From the NCBI GenBank assembly GCA_002633005.1, contig NMRA01000157.1, forward strand, positions 734,607-798,606: a DNA stretch of 64,000 nt. Direction: 5' to 3'. Below the pieces are notes generated by a model, which made no database searches, was not told where the DNA came from, and saw only the letters and a program-made list of their open reading frames with translations. Source of the DNA: Phoronis australis. Its lineage: Eukaryota > Animalia > Phoronida. Position numbers and translations under genes: made by a program. Positions 12,789 to 26,676 of this stretch are shown here, piece by piece (the stretch's first letter is position 1; each line of letters starts with the position of its first letter).

Positions 12789-13391
12789 NNNNNNNNNNNN
12801 NNNNNNNNNNNNNNNNNNNNNNNNNNNNNNNNNNNNNNNNNNNNNNNNNNNNNNNNNNNNNNNNNNNNNNNNNNNNNNNNNNNNNNNNNNNNNNNNNNNN
12901 NNNNNNNNNNNNNNNNNNNNNNNNNNNNNNNNNNNNNNNNNNNNNNNNNNNNNNNNNNNNNNNNNNNNNNNNNNNNNNNNNNNNNNNNNNNNNNNNNNNN
13001 NNNNNNNNNNNNNNNNNNNNNNNNNNNNNNNNNNNNNNNNNNNNNNNNNNNNNNNNNNNNNNNNNNNNNNNNNNNNNNNNNNNNNNNNNNNNNNNNNNNN
13101 NNNNNNNNNNNNNNNNNNNNNNNNNNNNNNNNNNNNNNNNNNNNNNNNNNNNNNNNNNNNNNNNNNNNNNNNNNNNNNNNNNNNNNNNNNNNNNNNNNNN
13201 NNNNNNNNNNNNNNNNNNNNNNNNNNNNNNNNNNNNNNNNNNNNNNNNNNNNNNNNNNNNNNNNNNNNNNNNNNNNNNNNNNNNNNNNNNNNNNNNNNNN
13301 NNNNNNNNNNNNNNNNNNNNNNNNNNNNNNNNNNNNNNNNNNNNNNNNNNNNNNNNNNNNNNNNNNNNNNNNNNNNNNNNNNNNNNNNNNN
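12789..13391. other. Assembly gap (603 N) in Rab32 intron 1
   Basis: Run of N. Confidence 1.
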
Positions 13392-16300
13392 ATATTCTTT
13401 CAAATGGCCTGTTACGATTTTTTCTCAGACTTACCGTTTTCGAGTTATTTGACTTTGAATTTCTTAAAAAAGCGCAAAATTTCATTTTTTTCGACAAATT
13501 TACGGAATTAGGCGATACCATCAGTTTAGATAGAATTTTGAACGGGCTTTCAGGAGATGTTTTCCATTTTTCGCTAGGATGTCTACTTTTCGAGTTATTT
13601 GAGATTTTCTGATAACGTTGTTCCTTTGTTGAGCGCTCTTGCTGCATTGATGTTGGTTTATCTTCTATTGAAGTAGACTGTAGCCTATTTCTTATTGATT
13701 TATGACATCTAAGTTCGTCATATGAATGTTGTGATGTTGTTCATCATCGCCACCACCATCATCGTATTCGTCATCATCTCCGTCGTCGTCTTTTCCGTTA
13801 ATTTCGGCAAGTGTCGCTCAAGACTGTAGCCTTTTTCTTACTGATTTCGGACTTCTACGTTCGTCATGTGTATTTTATTATTACTTCTTTTCTTCATCCT
13901 CGCCACCATCATCGTCATATTGGTCATCTTCGTCATCATCTTTATCGTCATCTTTTTGGTTAATTTCGCCAAGTTTCGCTCGTCGGAGCGCTTTCATTTG
14001 ATAAAGTTATCAGACTTTGAGAAATGCATAATGACAATTTGGCAATATTTTTTGCGAAATAATCTTAGAATTACTGTAATTTGTTATAAACTGTACACAA
14101 TCATGTGGATGAAGAACAGTTGATTAAAAATTTTAAGAATAGAAATTGGCGAATAGGTGATTCTCTATTTCATGGTGCTGAAACCAATGCATGTTATGGC
14201 TCCAGGAATTTAGCTGAAGAGTAATGGCATTATGTTATTTTTTTAATCACCCGTAACTTATTTGCTTTACTCAAGGAAGAGTGCTTTGTCAAGTTCATTG
14301 CAAAGTTACTTACAGTTACAGGAGTGATTCAAATATATTAACATTCAGATATTCACAACATCTTACACCTGGTGTACATTGCAGCTTTTCAGACAGAATA
14401 CACTGAACAGAGGGTGTAGGTTGATGCTATGTTTATCTTATTTGCTTCCAAACATTAATGCATGTATGTTAGCTATCTGTTATGCATTACCTGAGCCTTT
14501 AACTTTATGTGGATAAGAAGAAATATCGAAAGCAGCTTTTAACATGGGTAGTCTTTTATCTTCTACTTACTAGTCTTCTAAAATGTCAAAATTGGTTACT
14601 TGCTACCGATTTTTTTAATATTCTTTGTCTTTAATTTTTCAAAATATTTTATGTGTAGTGAAACAAGGTATCGTTTAACATTTCTAACAATAGTATGTAG
14701 TTTTTGCTCTCTCATCCTAGGTATAGTTTAAGTATTTAAATAATAGCGTATAGTTATTATAGTTATTGCCGTGTTAGTCACACAAGGTATCGTTTATCTG
14801 TTTAAACAACATTGTACTGTGGTTATTGCTGGGTCATGAAGAACATTTTTAAGGTGATGCTGCTGATGTTCATCCTGTGTCATCTTCAACTTTTCTTTCA
14901 TTGTGTAACCAAAATTCCAATTCTGGTGTGGGTTCTATTGTGTAAGAATAAAACCAGCGGTTCGAAGAGAAAAGTTCTTCGGTATGATATATTTAAAAGC
15001 TACTCGTGAGATAGTATAAGGATGTAACATATAACATGCATGTGAACCTATTGGACCAATCAGAATGTGCGCCAAATATAAAACTAACCAATGGGGAAGA
15101 TAACCTTGAACTGAACAAGAGCAGTAAACAACCAAGCTAAACATATGTCAAGAGGCAACAATTAATAACTTTAAACTAAACATGTATAGTAAACACCTAA
15201 GCTAATTAACTGGTGAAAACCTGTCATAAACACATGCCAATACTGGTGTCTTGATAGATAAGATGCACTAATTTGTCAGTCATTTTGAGTCCAATGACAT
15301 GGAATATTTGAACCAATGTGAATGGAAAGCTCTTAGCAGAGGGTTTCCTGACATACTGAGCAGGAGTAAACATAAATGTGGGCCCATGTATAATATTCAT
15401 AGGATTTGGAATGAAGTCCCCATATCAATACCCTTGGTCAAAATATACATGTTCCCATTTCAGCCATAAAAATATCTCTATGTATAGCACATGTGGAAAG
15501 GGGTCATTATCAGTGATCCCAAAGACCATTTGAATATTAAAAGAAACCTTCCCTTATTTATACCAAAATGATCAAAAATGAGGCTTAAGTTTGTAAGCAT
15601 GCTGGCAAATTCACTCCACCCGTCATGTCATTGTGGGCATCTCTGTTCAAATACTACCCAGCTTCAAAGTATTCTTGTCTACTACAGTTTTATATGCCCA
15701 TAAATCCTTTCTATCAAAGTAGTGTTCAGTGGTGTTGCTGGAGCCATGATGTACAGGCATAGACAGCATTGTGTATTTTTCAAGGTCACTAGTTATTCAG
15801 AGTTGTCTTAGACATTGTTAGTCTATACTTTTGTTAAGTTTGCAGGACAAGTTGACCTCAAAGATTTTTGTTTGTCAAGTACTGCTTTGGCTATCTGATT
15901 TTGGGATAATTGACTAATCCTGTTTTGGTTGATAACTTGCTGTTATGTGGTAAAATCTCTCACCCATTGTGACACACAACTGAAGTTTTATTTTTCAATT
16001 CCATATAAAAGGTAAGCAGCACAAAATAATTATGTTTTTAAGCTCTATAATGTCGGTACCAATCGACTATGTTTTGAGAAACTGAGCATTCACAGGAATT
16101 TTAGAAACCTTTACAAAATGAAAAAAATCAAATTTTGTTATTTGTTAAATTCCAATATTAATTAGTAAGGGTTTACAGCCAATAGCTTTTTGCCAGGCTT
16201 CGTACTTTTTCTGTCTGAGCTGCTCATGTTGCTAAGTCTATGAGGTCCGAGGAGGTTTAGGATTAACACCAGGTTGTGTTGACATTGAGACAAATACCTG

Positions 16301-16989
16301 ATTATTAGACTCCAAGTTAGATGTCACTATTAACCATGATGCGTGTACAAGTATATGGGACCTCGAATTCTAAAGTTCGTTTGTTGACATGAAACTGGAC
16401 CACTTGGCTCTAAGTTTCATAAAATCACCATTTTCTGATTATTGTATAGTATTCGATTGAATACATTGATTGAAGGTCTGTTTTAAAATTGTTCTATAGC
16501 TAATTTTCAAAATAAGTTGATAGGAACTTAAGCCTGTTTTTGTGCATCTATAGTTGTTATGATATTTTGCTAAAACTAAAGTCAAGTTTGCTGCCCAATT
16601 TCTCACATGAAAGTGACAGAAACCTTGTTTTTGTTACCTACCGGTAATACCGTATTGTGATATTCAGAGAAATACTGAGCCGTTTCACTATTTCAGTCAC
16701 TTCTGTTGAAATGACAGGATACAAATGAATGTAATTTTTGGACCTAATTTCCAACATGTATAGGCAGTGTAATTCGAAATTATAAATTTAATGTAGATTC
16801 GAGTTTGTACTTAAAATGGAGCTTGCATTTGCATGTCGCCGTAATTCCTTATCTTTGTGAATGCTTGTTCAAATTAGTTGGAAACACAACATATAGCAAC
16901 GATGTGAATATGAAGTACGTTGAAAATTGCCAAATGTGTTTCGAAAATGATCTGCCGTAAATTACTCAACCGTGTCCAGTAAGTATCGT

Positions 16990-17335
16990 GACTGTAGTGT
17001 TGGGGAATAACACTGACTGCAGTGTTGGGGAATAACACTGACTGCAGTGTATAACACTGACTGCAGTGTTGGGGAATAACACTGACTGTAGCGTTGGGGA
17101 ATAACACTGACTGTAGCGTTGGGGAATAACACTGACTGTAGCGTTGGGGAATAACACTGACTGTAGCGTTGGGGAATAACACTGACTGCAGCGTTGGGGA
17201 ATAACACTGACTTCAGCGTTGTGGAATAACACTGACTGTAGTGTTGGGGAATAACACTGACTGTAGCGTTGGGGAATAACACTGACTGTAGCGTTGGGGA
17301 ATAACACTAACTGTAGTGTTGGGGAATAACACTGC
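16990..17335. repeat. 25-bp minisatellite (ACTGTAGCGTTGGGGAATAACACTG), ~14 copies
   Basis: Direct reading; units abut with no spacers. Confidence 0.95.
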
Positions 17336-18433
17336 ATGATGTAGTTATGTGAGCCCCCAAGGTACGTCATTAGTGCAAAAGGTCAGAATATTTTGTTTTC
17401 ACATTTACAAGTTGTCAGTGAATGCAGCTGTACTTTGTTTAGTGTAGATAATGTTCACATTTATAACATTGTCATTTAGTTCCTGCTGTACATAAGCATA
17501 GTTAGGAGCATGCAAATACCTGTACCAATCTAAACTGGAACCATTTTGAGACACAGGACTGTAGAAACATTTGATATATTGAAATGCATATTTTTCCAAA
17601 TTAAAGTACATTGTGGTGTCAGTCTCATAGATTCATTCAAAGGAGGGGGGGGGGTTTGTGTTATGTAACTGTTGATGAAATATATGTTGCCCCTTTCTTA
17701 TCTCTTGTCAATATTTGCCATGTCAAAGGACAGTGCAACTGGTAGACTGACCAAAGGAAACATTGCTTTTCTAATTCCATTAAATATCATCTTAGCATTA
17801 ATGAAAACCTACTATTTTTATTAAGTAAATAAAACACTATGTTACATTCTTGTCACCCGATGATTTTAGAAATAGAGTTTTGATCATTGTATTATGCCAT
17901 AAAGACTAAGTAACCTGTTAAGTTAAGTGTTTACAACTAACCTGTGTCATCCGCTATTGGCTCCCGTAGTACATGCAAAGTTTCCCTCGGCCTGGGGAAT
18001 TTAGTGTTACAAGCCAGTGTGCAAGTATGCTTATTGCAGAATTCTTCTAACCTGTGAAAATTTCAGTGCCTCAAAGCCACATGTATATAAACCATGTTCT
18101 GATGTAAAAATATAAACTTTCTTCTCAGGCGTATTTGCTTTCCAATGCAATGTCATCATGTTATCCTGTTTTTAATAGGCCCACCCTGGACTGAACTCTC
18201 CTCTTTCCTGGAGGTAGAAAACTATGTTGCATAATTGACCTGCTTTTCAAAATGTCAGACACAACTGAGTCATTAACAAGGGCAGGCATGACCATCACTG
18301 ATAATTGCTCCATTCTGCCAACTTTTGGTGTCAGCATTGTCAAGTCATACAAGTTATAGCCTGCACTGTAATGATGGATTACATAATAATTAGGACATGA
18401 GGTAGTGAATAGTGCAGTTGCAGGTGAAGAAAC

Positions 18434-19085
18434 CACAGGCACCCTTAGCTTCTGATCATCCCCAATACACTACATATAATACTACAAGTTATGACACTCG
18501 GGGCTAGAAATTCCACGGCTGCTTTGATTCAGCCGTCCATTTCAAACACAATAACTCAATAAAGTTACACAAACCATGAACAATTGTTCTTTCTTATAAT
18601 ACCATCCATGGTGTCCTGTTCCGGCGACTTCGTAAGAAATTCGCAGTCAAAGAACAAAAATGTTCCCTAAAAGTCCAAACACACTGTGACGGCTCGAGGT
18701 CAAGGACGGTACATAAATTGCTGATTTGTCGCGTAAAGTCATGATGTTGATAACGCCGTCCATCCGTAATTCATTGGTAATTTCCATACCGTCCTTGACC
18801 TCGAGCCGTCACAGTTGTGTGTTCAGACTTTTTGGAAACATTTTTGTTCTTTGACTGCGAATTCCTTACGAAGTCGCCGGAACAGGACACCATGGATGGT
18901 ATTATAAGAAAGAACAATTGTTCATGATGGTTTGTTGAACCCCTGTTTCGTGTAACTTTATTGAGTTATGTGTTTGATATGGACGGCTGAATCGAAGCAG
19001 CCGTGGAATTTCTATCTGGGAGTGTCATACCTTGTAGTATTATATGTTGTGTATTGGGGACGATCAGAAGCTGAGGACGCCTGTG
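18434..19085. mobile_element. 652-bp foldback MITE with 8-bp TSD GAAGAAAC, CACAGG termini (P-element-like)
   Basis: ~280-bp inverted arms; perfect direct repeat at 18426-18433 and 19086-19093. Confidence 0.88.
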
Positions 19086-19229
19086 GAAGAAACAGGATAA
19101 GTGCTGGGGGTTTGTGTTGCATTGCAGATAAATACCTTAGAATGGGAATAAATCACCTGGAAGTCTCCATGGGTGGTGAGGGGATTTTCAGTATTTTTTC
19201 GAGAAGTTTTCTAGATGTCTTTTGTCTAT

Positions 19230-20340
19230 AAAGAACTGATTTTGATTAAAATTGAAACAATGGTGAGTTATGGCAATCCACCTACACCAGTTGATGTTCA
19301 GGCAGACTTGACTATTGCAGCATCTCCCTGTGGCCATTTTGATCTAGTATTTTTGGGAGATGAAAATACTTAAAACACTCTTGTCACATTTTGATCTTGG
19401 CTAAAGTATTTTTGGTAGACGAAAATTTCCAGATGATATCTTGTCAACCAATTCACATATTTCAATGAAACTTGACATGCTGGTATATGACGGCAAAACT
19501 TGACATGCTGGTATATGACGGCAATGTGTCAGCACCAGTCAATTTTTGGGTGGATTCAACTGTTGCAGTGGCCCCTAGTGGCCATTTTGTCCTGTTGGCC
19601 TCTCTGTATATCAAGAAACGTTTTGAATTTAGATGAAATTCTGACCTGAAAATAGGACATCACTGGGGCAGTGCATTCCACTTTCAGTATTTTTGGGAAG
19701 AGCAAGAATATCAACGAATGGACATAAATGAAAATAGAAACAGTTATTTGAGACAGCATTTCCAGTCAATTTTCAGACGAATTCAGCTGATCTCAGTTAG
19801 AGACTTTTCAGTATATTTTGGAAATATACAGTTTCCGCATGGTCACATTTCAATGAAACTTAACACAGAGGTACGTGACGACACTAGTCCAGTAGTCTTG
19901 TCTGCTCGATATCTTAAAACTCCTTGACCATATTTTTCATGAAATTTGACACAAGAGTGTGGGGCATCACTACCTTGGTGCTTGTCACATTTCAATCTGC
20001 CCTGCCCTATGGTGCCACGGCAAAGCACATTTCCAGATGATATCTAGAGAACTGATCGACAGATATCTATCAAACTTTACACACTGGTATGTGACTCATG
20101 ACGCCAGTACACACCAGAAGATTTAGGATGGATTCGACCATTTCAGCACGCCCTAGTGGCCATTTGGGTCTTGACCAGGGGCTTTTTAGTACTTGTAGAG
20201 CATTTACAGATGAAATCTAGAGAACCAGTAAAACTCGACACAGTGGTATGTGACGGTAATGTGCCTGCACCAGTCAATTTTTTTGGAATATTTGACTACT
20301 GCTGCACCCCTTAGTGGCTGTTCCATTTTGGAGATGATGG
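19230..20340. repeat. Interspersed repeat with degenerate internal tandem units (ATGAAACTTGACA core)
   Basis: Recurrent CCAGATGATATCT, GAAACTT(G/T)ACAC, CACCAGTCAATTTTT, GTGGCCATTT blocks; family not assignable. Confidence 0.55.
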
Positions 20341-23300
20341 CAGCTAACAGGTTTAAAGCCGATTCCAACAAGTGCTGTGCCTATCATTGGATCTGCCAAA
20401 CCTCACAATTTTTCTTTGTGAAGCGAAGCATACTGCACCTGCCATTTTTTTGGATGTCTTGTGCTCTGTCCCCTTGTGGCGTTTTTTTCCTTTGTTGAAA
20501 GTGTTGCCAACTGTTCATTTTTAAACTTTTTGATTTGATTTGATATTATTTTAAAAGGTGAGCTATACTTTTTTGTCTATTCTGACTAATGCAAGCACCC
20601 TGTGTGATCAAATTGTTGTCTCCTACTTGGGGAAGCTGAGGAGGCAATGTACTACACTACTGAAATAGGTATCCACTTTCATTACTCAAGTTTCATAGGT
20701 TCAAGTCCCTTTGGGTCACACTGCTAGACTCTTGTGTCGGCTTTCTAGCTTCTCAGGTCAGTTTTCTATATATTAATAAAGCATAAAAATGCTTCTAGGT
20801 GAACAGTGCATTATGGACCCAGTCAACCAGCCTACACATGTCTGGTACAAACTGTACCAGACCACCTGCAATTATTTTGAAGAAGCTGATAAGCACTGCT
20901 AGAGATATGGCTTTGTATTGCTTTTATTTATTTTGGCTTTGTTGTTTTATCTGAACTCAAGTTGTGTAATTGTTTTATAAACGCTATCGTCGCTATGTTC
21001 CTTAAATAATAATTCTGTTTGTTCCTCTTTTTTTAGTTTTATTTGTTGTGTGTTCTTCTATGAAAATGAAATAAGTAGTATACCTTCCTCAAAAACAAGA
21101 AATTATTACCGGTATTCCCTTTCATACTAACTATTCCAATACTAGAAGAACGTGGATGTAAATTACAGTGCTACCCTTTCAAACCTGGATTTCAGTTGTT
21201 AACGAAGACCAAAATTGTTGCAGTTTCGTATGTGGTTGCCACGAGATGGTGTTCCAAAAATGTTATGCAAATGTAACGTACCTTTTGGAAGTTGAAGTAT
21301 TGTACATTATATGGTTGAATAATAAGTGAAGTGAAATGTTTATGGTGGAGAAATCTTGAGTATTTATTAAACATTACATAATAGTGCAACATGTGCTGCT
21401 GGTGACAGCCACATCTAAATTAAGTCCCGATTAGACATCAACTTTTGGCCCCGTCGCAACTGACACGAAGTAAATTGACCCGTGTCAAGCGGCCATGTAC
21501 ACACACAACTCCCTAACCGTGGCAAGACGGAAATTAAAGGCTAGAGAGACTGGATCGCATATGCGCAGGTTTACAAATGATGAGAGTTGCAGAGACAAAG
21601 AACCCGTACGTAGGTCATTGCAGAAGCGCAGTAGAGATGATCCTTTCCGCCTTACTCCAGTTTTGCGTTTAGACTTATAATTGACACGGCGCAAGATGTT
21701 CGGGCGCAAATTACTCTACCTCACAAACGGGTGGCAAAAATTTGTCACCGCGGTGTCAATTTGCGCCGTGTCAGTCCGTTTACACATTGGAACAACTTGT
21801 TCCATGTCAGCTGATCCGTGTCAACTTTGTAAGCGTAAACGGCACTTCAGCTGCTCATACCACATGGTTGCATTGACAGTCCACTTTGAAATCCACATGA
21901 TTACTCTGGTGTTGTCTTGTGCTCTTAATTAACTTTGTTCTAAGACTGAAGTTAATCGTTTGAATTAACTCGACGTTTGCCAAAATATCGATGAGTTGAA
22001 CTTGATATCAAAGGTCCTATAGGCAGGAGAGGACAATGCTGAGCTATCTATGCTTTTTGTTGTTGAAGTTATGTTTTATCTTGTCCTTCAATCAGGTGAT
22101 GAATAGGGTATAAATACTGGCAAGTNGATTGACAGATTTCTATCAAACTTTACACACTCATGACGCCAGTGCACACCAGAAGATTTAGGATGGATTCGAC
22201 CATTTCAGCACGCCCTTGTGGCCATTTGGGTCTTGACCAGGGGCTTTTTAGTATTTGTAGAGCATTTACAGATGAAGTCTAGAGAACCAGTAAACTCGAC
22301 ACAGTGGTATGTGACGGTAATGTGCCTGCACCAGTCAATTTTTTTGGAATATTTGACTACTGCTGCGCACCTTAGTGGATGTTCCATTTTGGAGATGATG
22401 GCAGCTGACAGGTTTTGAGCCAATTCCAACAAGTGCTGTGCCTATCATTGTATCTGCCAAACCTCACAATTTTTCTTTGTGAAGCGAAGCATACTGCACC
22501 TGCCATTTTTTTGGATGTCTAGTGCTCTGTCCCCTTGTGGCGTTTTTTTCCTTTGTTGAAAGTGTTGCCAACTGTTCATTTTTAAACTTTTTGATTTGAT
22601 TTGATATTATTTTAAAAGGTGAGCTATACTTTTTGTCTATTCTGACTAATGCAAGCACCCTGTGTGATCAAATTGTTGTCTACTACTTGGGGAAGCTGAG
22701 GAGGCAATGTGGCCTACTGAAATAGGTATCCACTTTCATTACTCAAGTTTCATAGGTTCAAGTCCCTTTGGGTCACACTGCTAGACTCTTGTGTCAGCTT
22801 TCTAGCTTCTCAGGTCAGTTTCTATATATTAACAAAGCATAAAAATGCTTCTAGGTGAACAGTGCATTATGGACCCACCCAGTCAACCAGCCTACACATG
22901 TCTGGTACAAACTGTACCAGACCACCTGCAATTATTTTGAAGAAGCTGATAAGCACTGCTAGAGATATGGCTTTGTATTGCTTTTATTTATTTTGGCTTT
23001 GTTGTGTTATCTGAACTCAAGTTGTGTAATTGTTTTATAAACACTATGTTCCTTAAATAATAGTTCTGTTTGTTCCTCTTTTTTAGTTTTATTTGTTATG
23101 TGTTCTTCTATGAAAATGAAATAAGTAGCATACCTTCCTCAAAAACAAGAAATTATTACCGGTAGGCCCTTTCATACTAACTATTCCAATACTAGAAGAA
23201 CGTGGATGTAAACTACAGTGTTACCCTTTTAAAACTGGATTTCAGTAGTTAACGAAGACCAAAATTGTTGCAGTTTCGTATGTGGTTGCCACGAGATGGT

Positions 23301-24171
23301 GTTCCAAAAATGTTATGCAAATGTAACGTACCTTTTGGAAGTTGAAGTATTGTACATTATATGGTTGAATAATAAGTGAAGTGAAATGTTTATGGTGGAG
23401 AAATCTTGAGTATTTATTAAACATTACATAATAGTGCAACATGTGCTGCTGGTGACAGCCACATCTAAATTAAGTCCCGATTAGACATCAACTTTTGGCC
23501 CCGTTGCAACTGACACGAAGCAAATTGACCCGTGTCAAGTGGCCGTTTACACACACAACTCACTAACCGTGGCAAGACGGAAATTAAAGGCTAGAGAGAC
23601 TGGATCGCATATGCGCAGGTTTACATATGATGAGAGTTGCAGAGACAAAGAACCCGTACGTAGGTCATTGCACAAGCGCAGTAGAGATGATCCTTTCCGC
23701 CTTACTCCAGGTTCGCGTTTAGACTTATAATTGACATGGCGCAAGATGTTCGGGCGCAAATTACTCTACCTCACAAACGGGTGGCAAAAATTTGTCACCG
23801 CGGTGTCAATTTGCGCCGTGTCAGTCCGTTTACACACTGGAACAACTTGTTCCGTGTCAACTGATCCGTGCCAACTTTGTAAGTGTAAACCGCACTTCAG
23901 CTGTTCATACCACATGGTTGCATTGACAGTCCACTTTGAAATCCACATGATTACTCTGGTGTTGTCTTGTGCTCTTAACTTTGTTCTAAGACTGAAGTTA
24001 ATCGTTTGAATTAACCCGACATTTGCCAAAATATCGATGAGTTGAACTTGATATCAAAGGTCCTATAGGCAGGAGAGGACAATGCTGAGCTATCTATGCT
24101 TTTTGTTGTTGAAGTTATATTTTATCTTGTCCCACAATCAGGTGATGAATAGGGTATAAATACTGGAAAGT
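20054..24171. repeat. ~2.05-kb tandem duplication (20054-22125 vs 22127-24171) joined at a single N; probable uncollapsed haplotypes
   Basis: Colinear copies with scattered SNPs and small indels; N at 22126. Confidence 0.9.
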
Positions 24172-25485
24172 CTGAACTGCACTGATAAAATGATACTATC
24201 ATTGTGTCATGTATTCCAGGTGGCTATAAAATGTGTGCACTGACAGATGCTGTGATTGTGTTATATAGTCTCACTGTCTGTAGAACTTGTGCAATAACCT
24301 TAGAGAAAGGTTAAATGTAGCTTTACATGTTAGAAATTGTTGTCACTAAGGAACAGTTTTACTGGTTTCATCTATGGAATGAAATTTGGAAATACAACAT
24401 TGTTTTCCAGTTTTGACAAGTCCACATTTCTGTTACCTTTTTCTGTGACTTGTGACTATATCACCCACTTAGGATTTCAAAGACTGTTTACTTTCTAACT
24501 TACCTCAAAGTGTTTAAGCAAATAAACTTGTATTCAGAAGAGTCCTTAATGCAATACCTTTTCTCCAATTACTTGTAACTATTCTATTCTTCTCAATTTT
24601 TGGTGTGAGAATTTACATTTGTCTCATGAATTTGGTCAGTTCTAAATGAAATGAGGAAACCGCACAGAAAATTAGTCACGAGTCACAGTCATTTCTATTC
24701 CTGAATAGAAAAACAAAAGTGAAAACGGGTTATGCACACATTCATTGTTATGTTTTCTCATATTTTTTATTGTGAGGATAATTTTAAGACTTTGCCCCCC
24801 TCCAGTGTCATTGTTATATAAAATTTCATTGATGCACTGTGATTGCCTCTGGACCAACAGCTGCATGGAAATTGTGTCACAATCAGGCCTTAGTTTTTCT
24901 TGAATTTCACAGGGCGTCCAATGTGACCAAAACAACAGTGTTAGTGCAGGGTCCAGCAAATGTGTGTTATGATAATTCCAATCCCAACTGTAGAGTTCTG
25001 TGTTTTGTTTGTAGTTAACCTTTCACTATTTTACTAATCATGACTTAATGGGTAATGGTCGGATATAACGTTTCCACATTTTGGGAGCCAGTTTTCTCCT
25101 CTCAATAATGAGCATCAAACTGGTTCTCAATATGTGGCCGCTTAATGTGTACATTGTATTGCAGAGGAAATCACACATTTTCAAATGCCCCACTCCCTCA
25201 AAAATCGAATGTAAAAGGATAGGAAATATGTTACAATTGAACAAACTGAGCCATAGATTTGAGGACATCTAGGCCATGGTCACATTTTTCTGGAAAGATC
25301 CGTGATTGTTATGTATTGTTTCTCAGATCACGTGACATTGTAATAATTTGGAAATTATTATTTTTAGAGTACCATTTCTGCTTCAGTTGGATTATTTAAT
25401 CAAACTTTTTATTACATCTTCTATGTACTGACTTCACAGATTTGTGCTGCTGTTTATTGCTGATTGTTACACTGTTTTGTTTTAG

Positions 25486-25611
25486 GCATCTGCTGTTGAG
25501 AAACGCGAGCATTTATATAAAATTTTAGTGATTGGTGAGCTTGGTACAGGAAAGACAAGTATCATTAAGAGATATGTGCATCAGTTCTTCTCACAACATT
25601 ACAGAGCAACT
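25486..25611 (+). CDS. RAB32: Rab32/38-family GTPase exon (ASAVEKREHLYKILVIGELGTGKTSIIKRYVHQFFSQHYRAT)
   Basis: P-loop GELGTGKTS, 126 nt, ttttag/GTAAGT. Confidence 0.95.
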
Positions 25612-25640
25612 GTAAGTGTCTTGGGATATTTATACCTTAA

Positions 25641-26534
25641 AGGCGAAAGCAACCCTTTTTCATGTCATTTTTAGCAAAAATAAGGTTCATTGGTTATTCC
25701 AGACATATTGTACACTTAATTACAGCGTTTCGTAATTTAATTAATTATTCATTCTCTACTCCGGATGTGACGTTTTGGGAGGCAAGAATTTCGTGCCAAT
25801 TTCTTTTCAGTATAGTGTGACTATGAGATCTGTCGAGTTAGTCATTGTTCTACCTCGGTTGTGATAAGTTTGGTCGTCGTTTGCTTTTTTTTACAAGTCA
25901 GTCAACATGCCACGCTGTTGCTGCGTACTGGGATGTACGTACTCATTATGGCCCAAAGCCTGTAAGTAGCCCTGCTGCGATGTTGAGTAGTGGGAGTGAA
26001 TACAGGCCCAGTGAAGAGTACAGTTCGTCGTTCAATGAACAGATTGGTGAGCCAAACTTTGATAAGTTTATTGTGGACTTGTCTACAGTATTGGAGCTAT
26101 TTAGAAGGTGCCAGGTGTGTGGCGCGAGAGTCATATGGCGGGGTGTAAGCAGTTTGTGTGCTCAGGTCACTATCCAGTGAGAGTGTGTCGCGGGACACTC
26201 GGGCAAGTGGGACAGTTGTTCCTCTGTCCACGAGACGATAATCAGTATATCCCGCAGCAACAGTGTGGTATGTTGACTGACTCGTAAACAAAAGCAAACG
26301 ATGACCGAACTTCTCACAACAGAGATAGAACAATGATTGACTCGGCAGCTCTCACAGTCAGACTATGAAAAGAAATTGGCTCGAAGTTCTTGCCTCCCAA
26401 AACATCACTTCCGGAGTACAGAACGAATAATTAATTAAATTATGAAAAGCTGTAATTAAGTGGAATATATGTCTGGGATAACCAAGGAACCTTTTTTCTG
26501 CTAAAAAAGACATGAAAAAAGGTTGCCTTTGCCT
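25641..26534. mobile_element. Non-autonomous Kolobok-like DNA transposon with ~280-bp inverted arms
   Basis: TTAA-flanked AGGCGAAAGCAACC / GGTTGCCTTTGCCT termini; internal remnant FIVDLSTVLELFRRCQVCG. Confidence 0.75.
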
Positions 26535-26581
26535 TAACCGAACTTGTAACGGGGCATTCACAAGTAAAGGACAGCTCCATA

Positions 26582-26676
26582 CAGGGTGTGACAGAAAAAC
26601 TTGGTACATTGTAAATGTGTAAAAGTGCCCAAGTTGCAGCGATTTAAAATGTGTCAGGTTTTTCTGTCGCCCCCTG
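26582..26676. mobile_element. 95-bp Tc1/mariner-type MITE
   Basis: TA|CAGGGTGTGACAGAAAAAC ... GTTTTTCTGTCGCCCCCTG|TA. Confidence 0.7.

Noticed and set aside
12723-13647. Longest ORFs in the track (226-296 aa)
   Set aside because: They consist mostly of X from the N gap
16990-17335. CRISPR-like 25-bp repeat array
   Set aside because: Units are contiguous with no unique spacers, there are no cas genes, and it sits in a eukaryotic intron; it is a minisatellite
19260-19268. Alternative ATG|GTGAGT first exon for Rab32
   Set aside because: Lies within an interspersed repeat with no promoter-like context; cannot be excluded without cDNA
21192-24029. Paired similar ORFs suggesting a tandem gene family (also 33466/39802 and 38866/41737)
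   Set aside because: Intronic, no recognisable domains, and paired only because of the haplotype-like duplications
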